Shown: positions 37,995-46,392 of the stretch, piece after piece | How positions within the stretch are numbered: position 1 is the stretch's first letter | Layout: each line of letters opens with the position of its first letter | Origin: Candidatus Eiseniibacteriota bacterium | Lineage (GTDB): Bacteria > Eisenbacteria > RBG-16-71-46 > JABDJR01 | Assembly (NCBI GenBank): GCA_963762255.1 | Contig: CAVXKA010000001.1 | Coordinates: forward strand, 160,001 to 224,000 | Length of the DNA stretch: 64,000 bases | Direction: 5' to 3' | The notes under the pieces: generated by a model | The model's database searches: none | What the model was told of the DNA's origin: nothing | Seen by the model: only the letters and a program-made list of their open reading frames with translations | Made by a program: the position numbers and the translations under genes

Positions 37995-40683
37995 ATGTCC
38001 ATGAGCCACTTCTGCCGCCGATACGCGAGACGAGACGGATCCGGCCCCGCGCCGGTATCGCGACGCATCGCCGGCGTTCTCCCGCTCGCGTTCTTCGCGG
38101 TGACTCTCGCGACGACACGCCCCGCAGCCGCGGCGTTCCACACGTTCGAGCCGACCGGCGACGATGCGCAGTACCCGCCGACCGCGAACGGCCGCCTCAT
38201 CGGCACGCCGACGGTTCGCACCTACTCGCTTTCGCGCGGCGAGAGCATCACGGTCGACGGCAAGCTGGACGACCCTGTCTGGCTCAAGGCGGAAGGGGCG
38301 ACGGGATTCACGGTGTGGGAGCCTGATCGCGGCAAGACGCCCTCCGAGGAGACCGTCTTCAAGGTCGCTCACGACCAGGATGCGATCTACTTCGCGGTCG
38401 CCTGTCCGGAGAAGGACGCGGCGAAGATCAGCAAGAAGCTCTCCCGGCGCGACAAGTTCAGCAACTCGGATCTGGTGAGCGTCTACATCGACCCGTATCA
38501 CGACCGCAGCACCGGCTACAACTTCCGGGTGAACCCGCTGGGCGTGCAGACCGACGCCTATATGTATAACGACGGCGAGCGCGACGACGACTGGGATGCG
38601 GTGTGGGAGGGCGAGGTGACCGAGGACGCGGGCGGCTGGTACGCGGAGATCCGCATCCCGTTCTCGGCCATCCGGTACCGCCCCGGCCTCGATACCTGGG
38701 GGCTGCAGGTCTACCGCTATATGCATGGCCGCGGCGAGGACACGGCGTGGGTGACGTGGAACCGCGAGCAGAGCGGGTTCGTGAGCCGGTTCGGCACCCT
38801 CATGGGCCTGGAGGACGTCCCCCCTCCGCGCCAACTCGAGATCCTCCCCTACGCGGTGGGGCGCGCTTCCGACCCGGTCGCTCCGCGCAGCGAGGACGGC
38901 ATCGACGGACTCGGAAACTTCGGAGCGGACCTCAAGTACGGCGTCACCTCCGACCTCACCCTGAACGGTACCTTGCAGCCCGACTTCGGCCAAGTGGAGG
39001 CCGACCCGGCCGAGCTCAACCTCTCCCCCTTCGAGACCTTCTTCGAGGAGAAGCGCCCGTTCTTTATCGAAGGGAGCCGGTTCTTCCAGCAACCGGTCTT
39101 CACGATGTTCTATTCGCGGCGGATCGGGACCGGCGACGCCAACTCCCGCATCCGTTACGCGACCAAACTCACCGGCAAGACGAAGTCCGACGTTTCGGTG
39201 GCCGCGCTCGCCGCATCCACCGACGTGACCGGAGAGGGCCAGGCCCACAACTTCCTCAAGAGCGGAGATCAGACTGCGCGCTACTTCGTCACGCGCCTCG
39301 GCAAGGAGTTCGCCCAGGGGCGATATCGTTTCAACGTCATGCAAACCGCGGCGCTCAGGAGCGCCGACCGCACGACCTACGGCGACTTCGCCTCGCGCGA
39401 TGCCTATACCACCGGCCTCGATTTCGATCTCAAGTTCAAGGATCGCAAGTACCGCATGGTGGGAAACTTCGCCGGCTCGGTGGTGGATCCCCGGGCTCTC
39501 CCCGACGATCCGCGGAGCGGCTTGTCCAGATACGGCACGGGCGGCCATCTCGAGGCCCAGCGCACGGCAGGAAAGGTGCTCGTATCGGCCTGGGGGCACT
39601 GGGAGACCGACCGGCTCGATCTCAACGATCTCGGGTACCTGCAGGCCCCCGACGAGATCAACCTCGGCGGCTGGATGCAGTACCGGTACAACCCCGAAGG
39701 CAAGAACAAGCATGTCAATCAGGCCCAGCTGACCCTGAACCTGTGGAGGATCATGACTGTACGGTGCCCGCACCGGCTACGACCTCCATACCCGGGAGCC
39801 GATCTGGTCCTACGGGCGGGGGTTCTTCCAGAGTCACGGCGCCACCCTCGAGCCCTGGATCCAATTTCGAGACTACCGGGAGCTATGGGCGGGGCTCGAA
39901 TACGGCTCCGAGAACAATCAGCGTTACGAGACTCGGAGCACGGTGATGCTCCTGCCCGACGCCCACGGAAACGTCGTGGAAGCGCCCATTCCCGGAGGCG
40001 GGCCGCTCATGAAGGATCCCTTCTCGTATGGCGGCTGGGTGGGAGGCAGCAGCGATACCCGCCGGGACTTCGTGGCGCAGGCCACCGGGATCTACTTCGA
40101 GGATACGGCCAAGAACACGGTCAGCGAGCTGGAGACCTCGGTGCGCTGGAACCAGTCGAGCGCGGTGAACCACGAGCTGATCCTCAACTACGAGTACCGG
40201 CGCGACGACACGCAGCACCTGGGGAACTACGAGAACACCAACGGCGGGATCGGGGGCGTGAGCTACGTCTTCGGCGTGTTCCGCCAGCGCACCGTGGATC
40301 TGACCCTGCGCACGAGCCTCCTGTTCGACCGGGATCGGTCGCTCGAGATCTACGCTCAGCCGTTCATCACGGTGGGGAACTACACCCAGGCCAAGGAGCT
40401 GGCCGCGCCGTTCACCTACGACTTCATCCCTTACACCCGCGACGGGTTCAAGGCCTCCGACCACGACTTCAGCTACACGTCGGTCAACGTGAACGCGGTG
40501 TACCGGTGGGAGTACCGGCCGGGGAGCACGTTCTACCTGGTGTGGGCGCACAACCGATCCGACTACTCGGAGCGCGCGGCGGGGCCGCAGCACTTCAACA
40601 ACCGCCTGCGGACGGGGGCGTTCTTCGATACCGAACCGGGAAACACGATCTTGGTCAAGATCAGCTATTGGATTCCGGTCTAG
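37995..40683 (+). pseudogene. CBM9-like sugar-binding + DUF5916 outer-membrane protein, interrupted by one +1 frameshift near 39756
   Basis: ITVDGKLDD...W, FRVNPLG, W-AEIRIPFS, PDFGQVEAD...NLSPFE-FF-EKRPFF-EG, FYSRRIG. The coding frame switches +1 after NLWRIM and ends in RWEYRPGSTFYLVW...KISYWIPV. Confidence 0.8.
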
Positions 40684-40803
40684 GCGCGGGCTGCGGGGCG
40701 CCGTGGGCCGTGCAGTCTCGATGACACCGTGTGCTAGACTGCCGCGAGTCCGTTCTCGTGGAACCCCTCGATCCGACACCCTCATCCCGTGAGGAACTCC
40801 ACC

Positions 40804-42000
40804 ATGCCGAAGATCCGCGCGCTTCTCGCCGCCGGCCTTCTCGCGGCCATGGCGGCCTCGGCGGGGCCAGCGGCCGCGCAATCGCTGGCCGCCTACGACC
40901 AGGCCCTCGCCGACGCCAAGGCCCAGAACAAGACCGTCCTCCTCGATTTCTACACCGATTGGTGAAGCTCTTGCAAAGCATTCGCCCGTGCGGCGGACTC
41001 CGATAGCGACCTCCAGCAGAGCCTCGGCAAGTTCGTGTTCCTCACCGTCAACGCCGAGAAGGAAGACGGTCCCGAACTCTCCAAGCGGTTCTCGATCGTC
41101 GGCTACCCCACCTACGTCGTTCTCAACGGCGACGGCGCCACCCTCGACCGATGGATCGGCTACGAAAAGAAGACGTGGCTGGCCTCGGCGCAGGCGGTGC
41201 TGGCCGATCCCGTCACCTTGGACCATCGCAAGCAACGGTTCGCCAAGAGCCCCTCGGCGCCCGATGCCGCCCGCCTCGCCATGGTCTGCGATTCGCGCGG
41301 AGAGTACGGCGAATCGATCGTCCTGTACCGCGAAGCCCAGCGGTTGAACCAGGATCCGGAGAAGGACTACCTCATGAACGTCTTCGTGGCGAGCTTCTAT
41401 GCAGCTCGCAAGAAGAAGGCCGCTCAAGAGGACGTCGCCGCAGCCGCCGATGCGGTCCTCGCCTCGCCCAAGGCGAAGCCGGGGGAACTGGCGGACGTGG
41501 CCTATCTCATGGTCGTGACCGCGCGCGGCATGGAGCAGCCGGAGAAAGCGATCCCCTACCTCAAGGCCGCTGTCGAGCGCACGGAGGGAACGACCGACCC
41601 CGAAGTGCAGCGCTCGCGGGCGGACATCCTCGCCGACTACGCGCTCCTCGTGCTCAAGGACAACGACAAGGCGACCGCGTACAAGAAGGCGACCCTGCCC
41701 GAAGGGTGGATGACCGATCCCGGCAGTTTGAACGGCTACGCGTGGTGGTGCTTCGAGAACGGGATCCATCTCGACGAAGCTCAGGCGCTGGCGGAGAAGG
41801 GAGCCGAGCTGGCCAAGCCGGGGAAGGAACGCGCCATGATCCTCGACACCCTGGCCGAGATCTGCAACGCGCGCGGCAACCCCACCGAGGCGCTGAGCGC
41901 CGCCCAACGCGCGCTCGCCGAAGCCCCGGACGGCAAGCAGTATCAGGAGCAGGTTGAGCGGTTCGGCAAGCTCGCCGGCGAGAAGGGCAAAGGAAAGTAG
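40804..42000 (+). CDS. exported thioredoxin-fold + TPR protein, predicted selenoprotein (UxxC)
   Basis: ATG 40804 with GAGGA RBS and signal peptide; KTVLLDFYTDW-TGA-SSCKAF in frame with the track ORF 41035..42000 (GYPT cis-Pro loop, TPR-like LNGYAW...DTLAE). Confidence 0.85.
40981..40997 (+). promoter_or_regulatory. putative bacterial SECIS hairpin
   Basis: TTCGCC-CGTGC-GGCGGA stem-loop starting 15 nt after the UGA, with GU near the 5' side of the loop. Confidence 0.55.
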
Positions 42001-42026
42001 AACCGCCCGAAGCACGATGTCCCGCG

Positions 42027-42057
42027 GAGGCGGCTCTCAGATCCTGGGGGCCGCCTC
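42027..42057. terminator. hairpin between convergent genes, probable terminator
   Basis: GAGGCGGCTCTCAG-ATC-CTGGGGGCCGCCTC followed by TTCATTC. Confidence 0.55.
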
Positions 42058-42062
42058 TTCAT

Positions 42063-44249
42063 TCAATCGCTCTCGTTTCGGAAGCGCTGCCGCACTTCGG
42101 GCTCGACGCGTCGCAGCACGATCGGAGCGGCGGTGACCTGCCGCCCCGACTCCAGCACGATCTCGCGGATGGCGGAATCGCCCAACTGCACGCCCTGGGG
42201 CAGGCTCCACTCCGCGATCTCCAACGTGGCCGGGCCCGCGTCGAGGCCGGTCAGCGCGAACTTCCCATCGCCGTCGGTGAACACGTCGTGGTGGCTTCCG
42301 CGCAGGCGGATGAGGATGTCGGGCACGCCGACGAAAGACCCGCTCGCGTCCCTCGCGACGACACGTCCCTCCACCCCGGCCGCGCGACGGATCGCGAAGT
42401 CGGCGACCGCGTCCTCTCCCGGACGCAGACGGAGCGGAATCCGGTCGCGGGCCGGCGCGAGGTACCGAGTGGCCAGGCGCGCCGGATCGAAGAGTACGAA
42501 GTCGAGCCCGGGCTCGGCATGCTCCAGGCGGTATGAACCGTCTCGCGCGGTGATCATCTCCTCGCCGCTCCCAAGCCGAACCGTGAGGCCGGGTATGCCC
42601 GGTTCTCCGGCGTCGCGATTGCCGTTCGCGTTGAGGTCCTCGAAGACCACACCGCGCACCGAGCCGAACTCCGGCAGACCTTCAATCGTTTCCAGGCGAC
42701 CGCCCCCGAACGAGAAGCTGCGGCTCAACCGCAGGTTCACGCGGGCTGCATCGGGGTCGCGCGCGCCCGCGCGGACGTAGGCGAAGCCCTCGATTCCGAC
42801 GGTCAGATCTCCGAAGATGCCCTGCCGCCATCCCCCGCCGATTTGCCATTGATCGCGCGCAAACTCCTCGTCGTCCGCATCCTGCCGCTCGCGGGCGAGA
42901 CTCAACCAGAGACTTCTCTCGTCGCCGGGATCCCACGCGATGCGGGACTCCAGTCGACGCTCGCGACTCGTCCAGCGGCCGTTCGGGAGCCGGCGCTCCA
43001 CGCTCGCGCCCAGGAGTTCCAGGTTCAGCGTCTCACCCAACCGCTCCGACAGGCGGGCGGTCACGCGATCCTCGTGCCAGTCGCCGGCCTCCTGCGCGGG
43101 ATCGCGGAAGAGGCCGCGCGAGTAGCCGAGGCTGCCGCCGTGGACCCGCGTGCGCCATCCGATCTCCCCTCCGCCGTTGAGGACGCCTTGATCGACCAGA
43201 AGGCTGTCCGGATCCACGGTCGAGCGCGCGCGGTACGCGGCGGTGGTTTGAACGTAGAGCGGACGAACGAGGGGCACGGTGGAGAAAGCGCGCAACGACA
43301 CGCGCTCCTCGGGTGGAAGGCCGTCCGCGCGTCGCGTCAGATCGCGCGCCCAGTCGGCCGCCGCACCCAGGTACATGGCTGGCCGCGGACGGAGACCGGT
43401 CTCCAGACGCGCGCCCCACTCGTTCTCGTGCGGGCCGCGCAGGAGTCCGAGATCGCGATACGCAGGGGCGATGCGGCGCGCATGCCCCGAGATCACCGAG
43501 TGCTCGCCGGTGCGAGTGAATCCCGCGACGACGGTCGTGCCGAGGCGCGACGACCCGTCCTCCCTCGACACGCTCAGATCGCCGAGCCACGACCACCCGC
43601 GCGCCGCGTTCGCGGCGACGAGCAGCCGGGAAACCTGAAGGCCGGCGGGGCGCTCAGGCAGTGCTTGCTGGCGGTCCCACGAGAGATCCCAGCGACGGCG
43701 TGACCCCAGACTTCCGCCCAGCCCGAGCCCGAGTACGCCGGAATCGGTGGACGTGCGGCCCAATGCGGCGCCTCCCTGCCTCTCGGTGAGCGCACCTCCC
43801 CGCACTTCGACGCGCAGATCTCCGCGCCTCAATCCCCATCCCGCTCCGCGCAGCCATACCGGGGGGTGGAACTCCGAGGCCAGGTCGCTCCCACGCTCAT
43901 TTCCCACCGCAAAGTCGCCGAGGTGAACCGCCATTCGGCCGACCGTGGTGGGGATGTCCGCGCCGGTCAGGCGGAATTCCCGGCCGCGTTCCGACACGTC
44001 CATCCACAAGGACCACGCTCCGGAGTTGGCCGGAAAGGCGACCCCGTCGAGGTGGTACACCCACTCTTCACGATGCCGTGCAGTACCGTAGGGGCCCCAT
44101 TCCGCGTGCTGCCGCTCGACCCACGCACGAAACTCGCTGCGCGGCCAGGCGGCCGCGCATGCCGAGGGAAGCGCGGCGACGAGCGCAAGTGCGGCGATGA
44201 GGAGGGAGCCCGACGCAAGGATGCGTCCGGTCCGCGGCGCGTCGGACAT
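42063..44249 (-). CDS. usher-like outer-membrane beta-barrel protein with two C-terminal SdrD-B/prealbumin-like domains
   Basis: Signal peptide; LGDF...LRGA usher-like motif; amphipathic Trp/Arg-rich strands; GxVFEDLNANGNRDAGEPG and VEGRV...TDGDGKF domains. Confidence 0.65.
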   Translation of the reverse strand: MSDAPRTGRILASGSLLIAALALVAALPSACAAAWPRSEFRAWVERQHAEWGPYGTARHREEWVYHLDGVAFPANSGAWSLWMDVSERGREFRLTGADIPTTVGRMAVHLGDFAVGNERGSDLASEFHPPVWLRGAGWGLRRGDLRVEVRGGALTERQGGAALGRTSTDSGVLGLGLGGSLGSRRRWDLSWDRQQALPERPAGLQVSRLLVAANAARGWSWLGDLSVSREDGSSRLGTTVVAGFTRTGEHSVISGHARRIAPAYRDLGLLRGPHENEWGARLETGLRPRPAMYLGAAADWARDLTRRADGLPPEERVSLRAFSTVPLVRPLYVQTTAAYRARSTVDPDSLLVDQGVLNGGGEIGWRTRVHGGSLGYSRGLFRDPAQEAGDWHEDRVTARLSERLGETLNLELLGASVERRLPNGRWTSRERRLESRIAWDPGDERSLWLSLARERQDADDEEFARDQWQIGGGWRQGIFGDLTVGIEGFAYVRAGARDPDAARVNLRLSRSFSFGGGRLETIEGLPEFGSVRGVVFEDLNANGNRDAGEPGIPGLTVRLGSGEEMITARDGSYRLEHAEPGLDFVLFDPARLATRYLAPARDRIPLRLRPGEDAVADFAIRRAAGVEGRVVARDASGSFVGVPDILIRLRGSHHDVFTDGDGKFALTGLDAGPATLEIAEWSLPQGVQLGDSAIREIVLESGRQVTAAPIVLRRVEPEVRQRFRNESD

Positions 44250-45055
44250 CAATCCCCCAAGGAGGCCCGCGTCGGCTCCAGGGTGCACTCGCCGATCAAC
44301 CGGCCGAAGTCGGCGAGATCGACGGTCACGCGCGCCAGAGCTTCCGGCACGAGACCGCCTTCCGGAATTTCGATGTCCACCCACCGCGACGACCCGGGCA
44401 GCACCGGAACATCGGGAAGCTTGCCGGGAGCACAAAGAGCGCATTCGCCGACCAGATACGCCACGTCGCCGGCCAAACGGAAGTGCGCGTCGCCGGTATT
44501 GTGAACTCGCATGCGCAGGCAGGGCCGGTCGCCTTTCGTCACCACGGAGAGCGAGGTGATCTCGGCGGAAAGCGCGGGGCGTCCGACCGTGATGTAGAGC
44601 ATGCAGGCCACGCGACCGCGCACGTGCATGAGACGACCCGTCGACTTCGCGCGGTTCAGCGGCACGGATTCCAGCAGGAGCGCGGCCCGGAAGCCGTGAG
44701 CGACCGCCCGCTCGGGCACCAGGACGGTGAACCGGACGACCTGAGTCTGGCCCGGCTCGACCAGAAAATCGCGCGGCGCGAAAGAAATCCATGGCGCCGC
44801 CGAGGCGAGGGTGGTTCCCGCGGGCTCGAAGAGCGGCGTCCCCTCCTGATCGAGATGCCAGTCCTCGACGTAGGCGCGCAGACGCACCGCCTCCGTCCCG
44901 TTGTTCTGCACCTGGACCGCATTCGTGTACTCGGAGCCCGGCTCCGCCTGCAGCTCGAACCGGACGGGAGACACGTCGATCGAGAGATTGGCCCGAGCCA
45001 TCCCTGCGGGAGCCAGGGCGACGACGGCGAGCACGGCGATGATCTGTCTATGCAT
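44249..45055 (-). CDS. PapD-like periplasmic pilus chaperone
   Basis: Signal peptide; VSPVRFEL, VQNNG, WISFAPRDFLVEPGQTQVVRF, second Ig domain with VHNTGDAHFR. Confidence 0.72.
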   Translation of the reverse strand: MHRQIIAVLAVVALAPAGMARANLSIDVSPVRFELQAEPGSEYTNAVQVQNNGTEAVRLRAYVEDWHLDQEGTPLFEPAGTTLASAAPWISFAPRDFLVEPGQTQVVRFTVLVPERAVAHGFRAALLLESVPLNRAKSTGRLMHVRGRVACMLYITVGRPALSAEITSLSVVTKGDRPCLRMRVHNTGDAHFRLAGDVAYLVGECALCAPGKLPDVPVLPGSSRWVDIEIPEGGLVPEALARVTVDLADFGRLIGECTLEPTRASLGD

Positions 45056-45088
45056 GATGACCTCGTGGAGTGGCGCGCACGTTGCCAC

Positions 45089-45529
45089 TCATGGCGATGA
45101 AAGCGTCAGGGTCGCGGTGGCTGTGTAATCTCCCGGCGCAGAGTCCCAGGAGTTCTGGAGGTAGAAGCCGAGAGTCGCGGTCGCCGTGTAGTGACTGACT
45201 CCATTCCCGAGAACCGCCGGCACCACAGTGGACAGCACTCCGCCACGGAAGGGCGGGCTCGGTGACGCGGTCCACGAGACGTTTCCGATCGGGATCACGT
45301 CGGTGCCGGATGTCAGGTCGGAGTTGGCGATCATGGTAAGTATCCAGGGACTGCCGGGGGTCGCCCGAGCATCGACCTTGACACTGAGGTTTCGTGGGCC
45401 GATCACCGGCACGATGTCGGGACTTCGATCCGGGAAGCTCACCGATCCGGTGATCGTGAGCGTGAGCGGGCCGGCGTGAGCGGGTGGTGGCGCGCCGAGA
45501 CAGAGCGACACCACCACGCCGATTAGCAC
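45089..45529 (-). CDS. minor pilin-like subunit (paralog of 45646-46152)
   Basis: FPD..PD, ANSDLTSGTD-I-IGNVSWTAS and NSW...GDYTATATLTLSSP align with the major subunit. Start uncertain (GTG 45529). Confidence 0.68.
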   Translation of the reverse strand: MLIGVVVSLCLGAPPPAHAGPLTLTITGSVSFPDRSPDIVPVIGPRNLSVKVDARATPGSPWILTMIANSDLTSGTDVIPIGNVSWTASPSPPFRGGVLSTVVPAVLGNGVSHYTATATLGFYLQNSWDSAPGDYTATATLTLSSP

Positions 45530-45645
45530 CGCCGTGGACCGAATGCCGCGGCCGCAGCTCCCCGTGACGGAGAGCTGCGCGGCCGTAGCTCGGCATGTGA
45601 ACCGACCTTCGTATCCCAACAGACGATCCCCCCCGGGCGCTGCTG

Positions 45646-46152
45646 TTAGGGTGCAGTCAGGGTGTAGACCACATCCTGCGTGTAGTTGCCCACCGCGTAG
45701 GCCCAGGAGTTGTCCAGAAAGAAATCGAAGGTGCCGGAACGCGAGCCGGAACCCACCCAGCTTCCCGCGGACTGCGCGACGGCCGCGTGCATGGTGCCCG
45801 GGCCGTACCCGGCACCGCTCGCGGTCCAGGTGACATTGTCGATGTCGATCAAGTCCGTTCCGCTGACCAGGTCCCCGTTGGCGAGACAGGTGAGGGTGGC
45901 CACGCCGGCGCCCGTGGTGCGAATCTTCGCTTCCACGGATACCGAGTTCTCGGTGGCCGGGATGGGATCGACGACGTCGGGATCGGCGTCGGGGAAGTTG
46001 ATGGTGGTCGGGGAGATCGTCAACTTGGCCCGAGCGGACACCGTCGCGTTGATGGTGAGCGTCTTCGAGTCGCTTGCCGCGTCGGCCAACAGAGGGGTCA
46101 GGGCCAGGGCCAGCATTGCCAGCCCCAGCACGAGAGAACGGTTCTTGGTCAT
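45646..46152 (-). CDS. major pilin-like subunit
   Basis: AGGAG RBS, signal peptide, N-terminal alternating strand KTLTINATV, C-terminal GNYTQDVVYTL; rich in T/A/S/G. Confidence 0.72.
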   Translation of the reverse strand: MTKNRSLVLGLAMLALALTPLLADAASDSKTLTINATVSARAKLTISPTTINFPDADPDVVDPIPATENSVSVEAKIRTTGAGVATLTCLANGDLVSGTDLIDIDNVTWTASGAGYGPGTMHAAVAQSAGSWVGSGSRSGTFDFFLDNSWAYAVGNYTQDVVYTLTAP

Positions 46153-46392
46153 GGTGAGTAACTCCTACGAAATACGAGTCCTTCGCCTTCAGTCGCATTT
46201 CCTTAGCGACCCGAACCCTGTAGTCGGCAGGAGAGGTGGGCTTCTTCAACAGAATCTCTATTCTGCTTGGATATTTCTGGTGAAATTTCACCGTACCGCA
46301 GTCGCCGGACCGGATCCGGGCGAACGGCGCGGAGGCGGGGGCTCGCGGCAACGGATTGTCTTCCAAGGGATTATGGTGGAGAATTGGCAAGC

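Noticed and set aside
39754-39756. TGA in the downstream frame of the DUF5916 gene as a second selenocysteine codon
   Set aside because: It lies at the frameshift junction, has no redox-motif context and disappears when one base is removed.
36069-40724. 1551-aa ORF suggesting a giant protein
   Set aside because: Chimera of an off-frame read through the aconitase gene, the true CBM9/DUF5916 N-terminal part (from 37995) and off-frame sequence after the 39756 frameshift.
45530-46390. 433-aa ORF 45089-46390 as one protein
   Set aside because: Only the last ~147 codons are pilin-like; the rest overlaps the major pilin in another frame and the intergenic region.
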